From NCBI GenBank assembly GCA_031537795.1, contig JAVKNF010000012.1, positions 2,620-66,619 on the forward strand: a stretch of DNA of 64,000 nucleotides, in the 5' to 3' direction. The position numbers were made by a program, and so were the translations under genes. The stretch comes from Candidatus Deianiraeaceae bacterium (lineage in GTDB: Bacteria > Pseudomonadota > Alphaproteobacteria > Rickettsiales > Deianiraeaceae). The notes beneath the pieces are model-generated. The model was not told where the DNA came from, searched no databases, and saw nothing but the letters and a program-made list of their open reading frames with translations. Below, one piece after another: positions 19,224 to 29,893 of this stretch (positions are counted from its first letter, which is position 1; each line of letters begins with the position of its first letter).

Positions 19224-21613
19224 GTGTGTTTAAATTTTATATATTTTTTAGTATTTTTTTTAATCTAAATTTCATTGCATCAGCTTCGGATTTTATTTTA
19301 AAGAAGATAGAAATTTCAGGCTATAAAAATCTAAATGAAACATTCATAATTGATAATATATTTCCTTATAAAATAGGAGCTAAACTAAATTATCAATCTG
19401 TAGATAAAGCAATTCATGAGATGTATAAAAGTAATTATTTTGACAACATAAATTCAGAGATTAATGAAAAAGATGGCACTTTGCATATAAAAGTTTCTGA
19501 AAATCCAATAATAAACAAAGTAAAATTTGAAGGAATGGAAAAATTTGGTAAAAAAGATATAAATCCTTTTCTGGAGACATCAGAAGGAGATATTTACTCA
19601 AAGTATAAAATAAAAACAGATATTGCAAGATTAAAAGCAACTTACGAACAATTTGGTTATTTTGATGTCAAAATTGATGCGAAAATAGCATTTTTAGATG
19701 ATCAAAAAGTCAACATAATTTTTGAAATAAATGAAGGATCGCCTTATATAATAACAGAGATAAATTTTATAGGAAATGAAAACATAAAAAAAGAAGATTT
19801 AATCGAAAATCTTGATATTAAAGGTATTAATGACAAAAACCCACTATCTAATGGAGATGACTTCATTGAGCAAAAAATTGAAAGCTCTAAATTGAAAGTC
19901 TTAAATAAATATAAAGATAACGGCTTTCTAGACGCAGAAATTATATCTGCGAGTCATATCATTGACTTCTACAATAAAAAAGTCTTCTTAAATTTTGCAA
20001 TAAAAGAAGGAAAAAAACAATTTGTAAATGATATTATATTTGATACTAGTAATTTAGAAATTAAAAAATATATATCAGAAATTAATCAAAAAGATTGGAA
20101 TTTTAAAAAAGATGAGATTTATGATCAGAAAAAAATAAATAACATTAAAGAAATAATATCAGATAATTTATCTGACAAAGGTTATCCTTTTATAAAAATT
20201 GAATCCGTAACTAATAAAATTAATGAAGAGAAATTAGATGTAATACTTAAAATTACTAAAAGTGAACCAATTAAAATCAGAAAAATAGAAATAAAAGGAA
20301 ATTCAAATACAAGAGATTATGTTATAAGAAGAGAGCTTACAATAGAAGAAGGAGATATTTATCAAAGAAAAAAGATTGATATTTCGAAAGATAGACTATC
20401 TTTCTTGGGTTATTTTAAAAACGTAGAAATCAAAGAAAAAATAATAAACGAAAACCTTGTAGACCTAGAAATTACAGTAGAGGAACAATTCTTTGGAAGT
20501 GTAAATTTTAGTTTTGGTTATTCAACTTTTGAAGGTATTATAGGGACTATAAATTTCCAAATAGCAAATATTTTAGGAACTGGTTATGGTATAAATTTTG
20601 GAATAAGTCGATCAGGTTTTCAAGAATCTTATTCTGTGGGTTTTTTCAACCCAAGAGTTTTCAATTCAAATTTAGGGTTTGGAGTAGATTTATTTTATTC
20701 AAAATTTGGAAATATAGATTTTTTCGGCCTGCAAAATATTGGTTCAAATTCCTTAATGTTAACTAAATATATAAATTTCCAGTATGTAAGCTTTGGAGGA
20801 ATGGCAAAATTCAGTTTAAAATTAGCAGAAAGATTAACTTATAATTTTGGCTTTGGGTACTCTTATTACAACATGAATCAATTACGTGCAACAACTTTTG
20901 AACTTTACAGTTTAATGTACGGAGTGAAAAACACCTATAAATTTAATCATTCTATATCTTACGATAGAAGAAATTACGCAAGATATGCGACATCCGGCTA
21001 TTACGGCTCGATACTTCAAGAATATGCAGGATTTGGAGTATTAGGGAATCAAAACTATATAAAAACAGAACTTAAGGGTGGTTTTTTGATTCCATTTTTT
21101 CAAGAAAATTTAGTTTTCTCCTGTAATGTAAATTTTGGTTTCACTCAACCAATTACAAACAAGGGAACTATATTAAGTTATGAATCTATGTATTCAATGG
21201 GTTATTATGATGTCAGGGGTTTCTCGTTCTTTGGCATTGGGCCTAGAGTTCAAAGTACAGCACCAGATGGAACTATAAGTATGATGCCCTATGCCTTACC
21301 AGCTTTGAATAGATTTTATGGAACTCTAGATTTAGCGTCCCCTTTATTTCTCCCTAAAGAATACGGGGTGAAATTTTCTATCTGGTGTGATTTTGGTACA
21401 ATTTGGGGAACTCAACTTCCAAGTTCGTACCTAGATAGCAACGGCAACACTGAAACTATAATACAAAGCAACATCATTAGAGTTGCGGTTGGAGCTGGTA
21501 TATCTTGGCAATCTCCTATGGGAGAAATTAGATTCGATTTCGCTCAACCAATTATTAAAACATCATATGATATACCTATGAATTTTGTTGTAAGATTTGG
21601 CACTCAATTTTGA
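19217..21613 (+). CDS. bamA: outer membrane protein assembly factor BamA
   Basis: A signal peptide, repeated POTRA-like modules (I..I.F.GN), a C-terminal beta-barrel with RFDFAQPI, and a terminal aromatic ..RFGTQF followed by TGA. Confidence 0.85.
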
Positions 21614-21622
21614 ATTTAGAAT

Positions 21623-22372
21623 ATGAAAAAAGAATATCAATTGATTTTTGGAAGACACACATGTTTAGCAATTCTAGAGAGCAAAAATAGAGAAGTCTAC
21701 GAAATTGTAATTTCAAAAGAAAAGAGCGAAGAATATAAAAAAATTATAGATAAGAAATACTCAAATTTAATAAAAATATACTCCAATAATGAATTGGATA
21801 AAATTTGTAAAATAGAAGATAAACATCAAGGCATAGCAGTAAAAACATCTAGTTATATATTTAAATATAAAATAGAAGACATTATTCAGGAAGCAAAAGA
21901 TGCAGAAAATTATTGCATTTTAGCTATGGATGAAATAAACGACCCAAATAATTTTGGCGCAATAATTAGAAATGCTTACGGGTTTGAAATTAATGCAATT
22001 ATTATAACAAAAAGAAATTCCTGCCCTATTACAAATGCTGTAGTTAGGTCTTCAGTAGGTTATTCTGAATTCATAAAGATTATTGAAGTGCCGAACCTAC
22101 AAACAGCTATAATTAAATTAAAAGAAGAGAATATATGGACATTTTCACTGGACAGCCACGCCACAAACTTAAAATTACCTGAATTATTTAAAAAATATAA
22201 TAAATCGCTCTTCGTTTTAGGGTCTGAAGGACAAGGAATAAGAGATTCTATAAAAAAATTAACAGACATAAAAGTTAAAATCAATACAAACCCTGCAATA
22301 GAAAGTCTAAACGTTGCAAATACAAGTGCAATCATCTGTTATGAATATTTTAATTCGAAAAATAAAAGTTGA
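21623..22372 (+). CDS. SpoU/TrmH-family RNA 2'-O-methyltransferase (RlmB-like)
   Basis: DEINDPNNFGAIIRNA, LVLGSEGQGIR, LNVANTSAI. Confidence 0.75.
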   Translation: MKKEYQLIFGRHTCLAILESKNREVYEIVISKEKSEEYKKIIDKKYSNLIKIYSNNELDKICKIEDKHQGIAVKTSSYIFKYKIEDIIQEAKDAENYCILAMDEINDPNNFGAIIRNAYGFEINAIIITKRNSCPITNAVVRSSVGYSEFIKIIEVPNLQTAIIKLKEENIWTFSLDSHATNLKLPELFKKYNKSLFVLGSEGQGIRDSIKKLTDIKVKINTNPAIESLNVANTSAIICYEYFNSKNKS

Positions 22373-22410
22373 AAATAATCTTTCGTGAAATAATATATTC
22401 TAAAATAAAT

Positions 22411-22875
22411 ATGAATTCATATTTTACATTATTAGTAAATATTTTAATTCCACATTCTGTAGGTTTTATCGGAAGTTATTTTACAATTCCAAATATTAAA
22501 AAATGGTATATATTTTTAAATAAACCTTATTTCAATCCTCCAAATTGGGTATTTTCACCAATTTGGTCAATCTTATACACGTTAATTGGGCTTTCTTTTT
22601 ATTCCTTTCACAAAGTGAACAATTTTAAAAGGAAAAAGATTTATTTTTTGTATGCATTTCATATATTTCTGAATGGAATTTGGTCTATTTTATTTTTTGG
22701 AATGCATAATATAAATCTAGCATTAATTGATGTTTTTCTGATAATAATAACATTAATTATTCTAATGAAATCTTTTTATAACTTAAATAAAATCTCTTTC
22801 TTTTTGTTGATTCCTTATCTAATTTGGATTTGTTTTGCTTTCATCTTAAATTATAATATATTAGTTTTAAATTGA
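22411..22875 (+). CDS. tspO: TspO/MBR tryptophan-rich sensory protein
   Basis: [23 protein letters not shown] and five TM helices. The ATG at 22411 is preferred over the ORF-track start at 22369. Confidence 0.75.
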   Translation: MNSYFTLLVNILIPHSVGFIGSYFTIPNIKKWYIFLNKPYFNPPNWVFSPIWSILYTLIGLSFYSFHKVNNFKRKKIYFLYAFHIFLNGIWSILFFGMHNINLALIDVFLIIITLIILMKSFYNLNKISFFLLIPYLIWICFAFILNYNILVLN

Positions 22876-23784
22876 AGAATTATTATGTTTTTTTAATTCA
22901 GCAAAATCCTCATCTGCATGATAAGAAGAACGAGTTAAAGGAGAAGAAGAAACCATTTTAAACCCGATTTTATAAGCTTCTTGCTTGAAGAAAGAAAATT
23001 CTTCTAAAGTTACAAATCTTGAAATATCAATATAACGCATTTCATTATCTCTAGGTTTTAAATATTGACCTATTGTTATAAAATCTACTAAATTATCTCT
23101 TAAATTTTGCATAGATTCAATAACTTCATCATTTGTCTCACCCATTCCAACTATTAAGCCAGACTTTGTAAATATTGAATTTTCTTGCTCTTTTACATAT
23201 TTTAATAATGCAAGTGAATGCTCGTAATTTGCCGCTATTTTTATTCCTGTAAATAATCTTTTTACAGTTTCTAAATTATGATTAAAGACATCAGGTTTAG
23301 CTTTAATTATTTTATCTACCGCATTTGATTTATTCAAAAAATCTGGAGTCAAAACTTCAATTGTTGTTTCTGGGTTTGATTCTCTAACGGCGTAAATAAC
23401 TTCTGCGAAATGACTCGCCCCTCCGTCAATCAAATCATCTCTATCAACAGAAGTTATAACTACATGTTTTAACCCGAGATTTTTTACAGCTTCAGCGAGA
23501 TTTTTTGGTTCATTTTTATCAACTTCCAGAGGTTTCCCTGTTTTTACATTGCAGAACCTACATCTTCTTGTGCATATATTTCCTAGGATCATAAATGTTG
23601 CATGTTTATTTTTCCAGCATTCTGCTATATTTGGACAAGCAGCTTCTTGACAAACTGTATTTAATTTAAGATTTTGAGTGAGTTTTTCTATTTCAAAAAA
23701 TTCAGGTGAAATAGGTGCTTTTACTTTCAACCAATTTGGTAGGTTTTTTTTAACTTTTATTGCAGATATTAGTATTTTTGTCAT
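22867..23784 (-). CDS. lipA: lipoyl synthase
   Basis: [13 protein letters not shown], the radical-SAM motif [10 protein letters not shown], and GLIVGMGET. Confidence 0.92.
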   Translation of the reverse strand: MTKILISAIKVKKNLPNWLKVKAPISPEFFEIEKLTQNLKLNTVCQEAACPNIAECWKNKHATFMILGNICTRRCRFCNVKTGKPLEVDKNEPKNLAEAVKNLGLKHVVITSVDRDDLIDGGASHFAEVIYAVRESNPETTIEVLTPDFLNKSNAVDKIIKAKPDVFNHNLETVKRLFTGIKIAANYEHSLALLKYVKEQENSIFTKSGLIVGMGETNDEVIESMQNLRDNLVDFITIGQYLKPRDNEMRYIDISRFVTLEEFSFFKQEAYKIGFKMVSSSPLTRSSYHADEDFAELKKHNNSSI

Positions 23785-23816
23785 ATTTATTTTTTAAATA
23801 GATTAGTATAAATTTT

Positions 23817-23892
23817 TGGTGGGCCTTCCTGGAATCGAACCAGGGACCAAGGCGTTATGAGCGCCCTGCTCTAACCGCTGAGCTAAAGACCC
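23817..23892 (-). tRNA. tRNA with CAT anticodon (elongator Met or lysidine-Ile; not initiator because G1-C72 pair)
   Basis: Hand-folded 76-nt cloverleaf: GGGTCTT TA GCTC AGCGGTTA GAGC A GGGCG CTCATAA CGCCT TGGTC CCTGG TTCGATT CCAGG AAGGCCC A CCA. The CCA end is encoded. Confidence 0.85.
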
Positions 23893-23969
23893 TTTTCAAG
23901 TATAAAAATACTTTATAAATACTTTTTTTATTTGCAAATAATTTTTTGCTTATTTAATAATATTTCATT

Positions 23970-25190
23970 ATGAAGTCAAAAAATCTTGGTTTCAATTTAT
24001 TAAAAGATACAGTTATCACTAATAAAATAGTTTTTTTAAGATGCGATCTAAATATGCCAATAAAAAACGGAGAAATAATAGATGATTCAAGATTAATGTA
24101 TGCAATGGATACAATAAAATATCTTATAAAAAATGGCTCTAAAATTATTCTAGGTACGCATATCGGAAGGCCAAATGGAAAATTCGACGAAAAATATTCA
24201 ACTAAAATTATAGCAGATTATCTTAATAAATTTGTTAAATCAGACGTTTATTACGTTAATACTTTAAGTGGAGAGAAAGTCGAAAATGCAATTAAAAAAA
24301 TGCATTATGGCGATATTTTAGTTTTAGAAAATTTGAGATTTGACTCAAGAGAAGAAAGTTGCGATACAACTTTTGCACAAGAGTTATCTAATTTTTGTAA
24401 TTTATATGTGAATGAAGCTTTTTCTTGCAGTCATAGAGCTCACGCTTCTATACTAGGGATTCCTTTATTTATAAAACCTGTTGCAGGTTTAAGATTTGAA
24501 GAAGAGGTTGAATTTCTAACAAAAGTTACAAAAACAAATTTAAACCCAAAAACTACAATCATTGGAGGAAGTAAAATATCAACAAAAATTGATGTTTTGA
24601 AAAACCTAATACCAAAAATGAATAATATTTTTATTGCTGGAGCTATGGCGAATACCTTTATAGCAAGAAGTGGTTTCAATGTAGGAAAATCAATGATAGA
24701 AAAGAATTATTTTGAAACAGTTGATGAGATTAATAAACTTGCAGTAAGTTCTGGTTGCAACTTAATTATACCAAATTCTTTTCAAGTTGATAAAGATTTA
24801 ACTGGTAAAAATACAAAAATAAAATCAATTTCAGAAATAGAAAATGATGATATAATTCTCGATATTTCACCTGAATATATTGAAAATAAAATTGCTTCAA
24901 TTATTCAAGCTTCAAAATTAATTTTGTGGAACGGTCCACTTGGAATGTTTGAAGTGGAACCTTATCATTTAGGAAGTATTAAAATGGCAGAAATGATTGC
25001 TAAGAATAAAAATTGCATTTCAATTGCAGGAGGTGGAGATGTTATTGCGGCTATTGCAAAATCTAAAAAAACCAAAGATTTTTCTTTTATTTCAACAGCT
25101 GGAGGTGCGTTTTTAGAATTCATAGAGGGTAAAAAACTAGCTGGACTTGAAATTTTAAGAAGATTATCTTTGTTAGATAAACACGATTAA
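23970..25190 (+). CDS. pgk: phosphoglycerate kinase
   Basis: RCDLNMP..DDSRL, LGTHIGRP, NEAFSCSHRAHAS, GGGDV, STAGGAFLEF. Confidence 0.92.
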   Translation: MKSKNLGFNLLKDTVITNKIVFLRCDLNMPIKNGEIIDDSRLMYAMDTIKYLIKNGSKIILGTHIGRPNGKFDEKYSTKIIADYLNKFVKSDVYYVNTLSGEKVENAIKKMHYGDILVLENLRFDSREESCDTTFAQELSNFCNLYVNEAFSCSHRAHASILGIPLFIKPVAGLRFEEEVEFLTKVTKTNLNPKTTIIGGSKISTKIDVLKNLIPKMNNIFIAGAMANTFIARSGFNVGKSMIEKNYFETVDEINKLAVSSGCNLIIPNSFQVDKDLTGKNTKIKSISEIENDDIILDISPEYIENKIASIIQASKLILWNGPLGMFEVEPYHLGSIKMAEMIAKNKNCISIAGGGDVIAAIAKSKKTKDFSFISTAGGAFLEFIEGKKLAGLEILRRLSLLDKHD

Positions 25191-25192
25191 AC

Positions 25193-25200
25193 TATATTTT
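25193..25200. repeat. left copy of the 8-bp target-site duplication TATATTTT
   Basis: Identical to 29551-29558 and directly abuts the left terminal inverted repeat. Confidence 0.8.
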
Positions 25201-25223
25201 GGTAATTATACGCTTGACAATTA
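25201..25223 (+). repeat. left terminal inverted repeat GGTAATTATACGCTTGACAATTA
   Basis: Perfect 23-nt reverse complement of 29528-29550. The match continues imperfectly for about 10 more nt. Confidence 0.85.
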
Positions 25224-25427
25224 CAAATATTAAGAAAGATTAGAAAAGACAGGGCGGTGAAGGTTAAGAAATTTAGATTATTTTGAAAATTTAGAAATTT
25301 GTTTGTAAAGTTGCATTTTCCAAAATAACTGGATTTTTATAATTTTAACTTTAAATTTAATGCTTTCATAATCCTAAATTTATCAGATAATACTTAATTT
25401 TTATATAAAATATTATTTCATTTAATT

Positions 25428-27499
25428 ATGGTAGAGGAATTGGAAAACACAAAACCTATACATTTGTCAAAATATCATTTTTGGAAACTTGATATATCAA
25501 CTTTAAATCAATTAAGAAAAAAAGATTTTAGATATTAGCTTTTCATCTGAATTTTCAAATACAGATGGCATTGTTTATGATAAAAGAGGAAAATCATTAA
25601 AGTTGATTGTACAATGCAAATCAGCTCAAGAATTAAATTCTGAAGATAAAATACAAAAAGCAATTAAACAAGACATTGGATTTACAAAAGAAATTTGCAA
25701 AATTCTTGTTGTTACAGATTCTCAAAAAAGTTACTGGATTAATGCTTTAAACGGTCAATTTATATTGGATCTAGATTGTAATAAACTAAATTATGTTTTA
25801 GATACAGGAAAAACTTTGACAAAAGAAGAAATTAAAACAATAGAAAACTTAATAGACTCAATCAACAACTTCATCACAGCAGAAAATAATCAAATTCAAA
25901 GAAAAGATAAACTTGATCCATTTATTTTAGCAGAAGCAATCTGGCAAACCATATATGTAAATACTGGAAAAGACGCTACAAAATCTTTATATAATGTTGT
26001 TGAGTTATTTTTATTTAAGTTTTTAAGTGATATAGATGTTTTATAGGGCAGAAACAGCTTTAATTCTGTTTATGAAATAATTAGTCAAAAAACAGAAGGT
26101 AAAAAAGATAATGAAAAAAAATAAAACAACATCAAGAAGCATTAAAATCATATGCAGATATAAGAAAAAGAGTCAAAGAATTTTTTCCAGCAAATAAAAC
26201 TGATGGAACAACTATAATAAACGGAACTATTTTTGTAAACGAACAAGGTGAACCAATTATAACAAGGGCAACACTTTTTGCGGAAATTCTGGAAAAACTT
26301 TATGAATATGGACAAAAACACGACTCGTTTAAAAATATTAAAAGAGAATTTAAAACACGATTGTATGAAAATTTTTTAAGACAAAGCGCAGAAATCAGAG
26401 CATTAGGTCAATTTTTTACTACAAGAAATGCAGTAAAATCGATGGTTAAGATCTCAAACATTAAAAATCTTGGCGATAACGCTAAAATATGTGATCCATT
26501 CTGCGGAGTTGGTGGATTTTTACTTGAAGCGATCTTAGAAAATGAAAGCATATTGCAAAGATTTAAGCCAAAAAATGGAAACATTGATCCAAAAATAGAA
26601 ATTGTAGGTTTTGACAAAGGCGAAGAAAAAGACGAAGGAAGAACCATAATACTTGCAAAGGCTAATATGTTGATTTATTTTTCTGATTTAATTTCAGAAT
26701 ATCACGAAGAAGAGTATTTAAGGCTTTTCTCAACAGAGGTATTCAATAAAGTGTTTAGATTAATTAATAATAGCGACCTTGGAACTTTATCTTTACGAAA
26801 TGAAACAAAATGTGATTTAATATTAACAAATCCACCATATATAACAAGTGGATCAGGTTCAATTAAAAAAACAAATGAATATCAGGATTTAGATGATTAT
26901 TATAGCGTCGGTGGTCGTGGCGTTGAGGCTTTATCAATTGAATGGATTGTAAATAATCTAAAAGATGGAGGAGAGTTTTTAGTCGTGCTTCCTGATGGAT
27001 TATTAAACCAAAAAAAATTATAGAATTTTTTTTTAGAAAATGTAATATTTATGGTATAATTTCTTTGCCAGTTAGAACTTTTTATGCAATGCCAAAAAAG
27101 ACATATATTTTGATATTTAAAAAGAAGTTTGAGAATGAACCAAGGTTACAAACAAACGCTATATTTACTTATTTGGTTAGTGAAATAGGAGAAACAAGAG
27201 ATGCCAAAAGATTTGAAACAGAAAAAAATAACCTATCAAAAATGGAGCGACTATTTAATCAATTTAAAGGCTACCCAAATAAAGAATTTTCTTTTGAAGA
27301 TAAAAGATGTAAAATTTATACTGTGCAAGAAATTTTAGAAAAACTTAATTTATTGTGCGATAGATGGTGATCGGATGAAGAAAAGAAAGAACTTAGAATT
27401 AAAGATGACAATAATGAAATGAACGAGGAAGAGTTTTTAACTTTTGTAGACAAAATTTTTGAAGATATTAACTCTTTTAAGGAATATGCAAATGTTTAG
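25428..27499 (+). pseudogene. fused PD-(D/E)xK-like nuclease / gamma-class N6-adenine DNA methyltransferase (BcgI-A-like), inactivated
   Basis: Motifs LFLFKFLSD, LGQFFTTRNAVK (motif X), DPFCGVGGFLLEA (motif I), LTNPPYITSG (motif IV) and IISLPVRTFY. Lesions: frameshifts in A7 (25517-25523), A7 (26114-26120) and A8 (27010-27017), an in-frame TAG at 26044-26046 and an in-frame TGA at 27368-27370. Confidence 0.8.
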
Positions 27500-28556
27500 A
27501 GAAGTAGATATTTTTGAGATTTACAATTTTCCAATTAAAGGAAAACCAATTTATACAACAACTTTTATCAATAATAGGGGCATTTATCGAGTTTATTCTG
27601 CGAAAACATCTGGTGATGGCAGTATTGGAAATATAAACTCTTACGGAAAAAATATTGAATGTTTGACAATCACAACCAATGGATATGCTGGATATGTTTT
27701 TCACAGAGAAAGGCATAAATTCAATATAAATTCTGATTGTTGTATCATTATAATCAAATCTAGTATGTTAAATAAAATTGATTATAAATATCTAAAGATA
27801 GAAATAGGTAATGCTTTATATGCTATGAGTCTCGGCTGGGACAACAAATTAACAAATGAAAAATGGTAGAATGTTAAAATCCATATTCCGATAACTCAAG
27901 CAGGCGAATTTGATATGCAAAAACAAAAAGAAATAGCAAAGAGATTTGAATTAATTAAAAAAATACAAAATAGAATAACAGAGGCTTATAATGTTGTAAA
28001 GAAAGCTAATGTTGTACTCCAGAAGCAAGAAAATATAGAATATACTGAATATGAATTAAGCAATAATGAAATATTTAGAACATCAATAGGTGATCGTATT
28101 TTAAAAAAAGATGTTAAGCAAGATGGTATTCCTATGTACAGTGCGAATGTTCTTAAGCCATTTGGCTTTAGTAATGATATAAAATATGAAATTTTTGAGA
28201 AACCAGTTATTATTTGGGGAATTGATGGCGATTTTAATTATAATATCATACCAGTTAATACAAAATTTATTCCAACCGATCATTGCGGAGTTTTAGAAGT
28301 TAATTCTAATGAAATTGATATTGAATGTTTTTTATACGAATTAAAAGCGACAAAGCTACAATATGGTTTTGATAGAACATACCGAGCTTCACTTGAAAAT
28401 ATAAAAAATGTTAGTGTCAAAATTCCAAAAGATATACAAACACAAAAAATAATAGCTCAAAAATATAAAATTATTGAGAAAATACAAAATCATTTAATAG
28501 AAAATTTAAAAATACTAAAAGACTGTATTATAATTCCAAATTTTTTAGAAAATTAA
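27486..28556 (+). pseudogene. RM specificity (S) subunit with two target-recognition domains, one in-frame TAG
   Basis: The two halves are each followed by a conserved helical spacer (QKEIAKRFELIKKIQNRI and QKIIAQKYKIIEKIQNHL). The ORFs 27459-27869 and 27915-28556 are in the same frame, separated only by the TAG at 27867-27869. The start overlaps the end of the methylase reading frame. Confidence 0.7.
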
Positions 28557-29488
28557 ACCTTTCTTGTATATCTCCTCAAATCAAGCTCTTTCCCAGTCAA
28601 CATAGCATAAGTTAAGTTATTATTTGAAAACATAGACTGCATAGTATTCTCAAATCTTTCTGCAATCTCTAAACTTTTATTATTAAAATAAAATACAAAT
28701 GAATTTATATACTTATCTATATGAGCTTTTGTAATTTGACGATGTGTTCCGTATATTCTTCTTTTAAACAATCCGAAAGTTCCCTCAATATCGTTTGTTG
28801 TTGCATTTCCTCTTACGAACTCTCTTTCTGAATGATTAACAGTTTCCCTTTCGTAACCTTTATAAACTGGGCTTTCATCTGTAAATAATTTTGCTTCTTC
28901 TAATTCAATATATTTATCTAAAATAGGTTTTATATTTTTAATATTAGTTTTATTTATGTATTTTATAGCTAATGTTTTTTTCTTTCTAAAACAACCTACT
29001 ACAACCATTTTATTTTTACCACTTTGCAACCCTTCTCTTCTTTCTGAAGAATGTTTATTTCCTTCTTTTCCTTCTAAATACGTCTCATCAATTTCAACAT
29101 CACCAGTCATTTTTTCAATAGTGTTTTTTTTTAAAGCCAAACGGATTCTTTGGAGCATAAACCAAGCTGTGGCTTGTCTAACTCCGATATTTTTTGCCAA
29201 TTGACAAGAACTTATGCTTTTAGCTCCTGAAATTTCAAAATAAAAAGCATTAAACCATTTTACAAGCGATAAGGCTGAATCTTCAAATATAGTTCCTTTT
29301 CTAATTGTAAATTCTCTTTTACAATGACCGCAAGCATACAACCCAGCTTTTGCGAATTTATAAGATTTGTCTGTATTCTTACAAAGTGGACATACTGGCT
29401 TGTTATTCCATCTTAATTTTTCTAAGTATCTAATACATTTTATTTCAGTTGAAAAGTTTTTTTGAAATTCTAATAAGTTTTTAAACAT
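28553..29488 (-). CDS. IS1595-family DDE transposase (apparently intact)
   Basis: N-terminal zinc ribbon CPLCK..CGHCKREFTIRKGTIFEDS, WFMLQRIR, IDETY, FTDESPVYKG, NDIEGTFGLFKRRIYGTH. 311 aa. Confidence 0.85.
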   Translation of the reverse strand: MFKNLLEFQKNFSTEIKCIRYLEKLRWNNKPVCPLCKNTDKSYKFAKAGLYACGHCKREFTIRKGTIFEDSALSLVKWFNAFYFEISGAKSISSCQLAKNIGVRQATAWFMLQRIRLALKKNTIEKMTGDVEIDETYLEGKEGNKHSSERREGLQSGKNKMVVVGCFRKKKTLAIKYINKTNIKNIKPILDKYIELEEAKLFTDESPVYKGYERETVNHSEREFVRGNATTNDIEGTFGLFKRRIYGTHRQITKAHIDKYINSFVFYFNNKSLEIAERFENTMQSMFSNNNLTYAMLTGKELDLRRYTRKV

Positions 29489-29508
29489 AATTTGTCTTTA
29501 TATTCATT

Positions 29509-29537
29509 AGTATAAACTAATTATTTATAATTGTCAA
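29509..29537 (-). promoter_or_regulatory. candidate transposase promoter, with the -35 inside the right IR
   Basis: On the minus strand, TTGACA (29537-29532), a 17-nt spacer and TATACT (29514-29509). This lies about 20 nt upstream of the transposase ATG at 29488. Confidence 0.45.
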
Positions 29538-29550
29538 GCGTATAATTACC
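29528..29550 (-). repeat. right terminal inverted repeat
   Basis: TAATTGTCAAGCGTATAATTACC, the exact reverse complement of 25201-25223. Confidence 0.85.
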
Positions 29551-29558
29551 TATATTTT
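29551..29558. repeat. right copy of the 8-bp target-site duplication TATATTTT
   Basis: Identical to 25193-25200 and directly abuts the right IR. Confidence 0.8.
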
Positions 29559-29602
29559 ACTTGCAATTAATTTTATATATTTATATTTGAAGTATATTTA
29601 TT

Positions 29603-29893
29603 ATGAACAATTTAAGAGATATCTGTTTGTTAATAGAATTTATAATTATTGTTTGTTTGGTTGTTATTATACTTATTCAAAATTCTAATGAAACAGAAAT
29701 AATGAGCTCTCCTAAAAATGAAAGCTTTGATAAAGTAGACGAATTAATTATTTTAATAACGAAATTCCTAATATTTAGTTTCTTTATAAATACACTTCTT
29801 CTTCTTTCTTTAACAAAAAAGATAACACTTAAACACAAAGAAACAGAATCGAAGATATTAAAAACTAATAAATCTATTTATAATGTTAAGTAG
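29603..29893 (+). CDS. small two-TM membrane protein, possibly SecG
   Basis: A 96-aa protein with TM1 ending ..VVIILIQNSNE (compare SecG LLQxGKG) and a second TM LITKFLIFSFFINTLLLLSL (compare LxKxTxxLAxxF). The call rests on topology and weak motifs only. Confidence 0.35.
   Translation: MNNLRDICLLIEFIIIVCLVVIILIQNSNETEIMSSPKNESFDKVDELIILITKFLIFSFFINTLLLLSLTKKITLKHKETESKILKTNKSIYNVK

Larger units (their letters stand above)
25201..29550. mobile_element. 4350-bp IS1595-family (ISNwi1-like) transposon carrying a decayed RM system as passenger
   Basis: 23-bp perfect terminal IRs, an 8-bp direct repeat on both flanks, and an IS1595-type transposase next to the right IR. The IR tip GGTAATTAT fits the ggnnatTAT end I recall for the ISNwi1 subgroup. 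Confidence 0.8.

Noticed and set aside
25517-27017. Phase-variable (homopolymer-switched) RM system
   Set aside because: Besides three poly(A) frameshifts, there are three nonsense codons that slippage cannot correct. The locus is therefore decayed rather than switchable.
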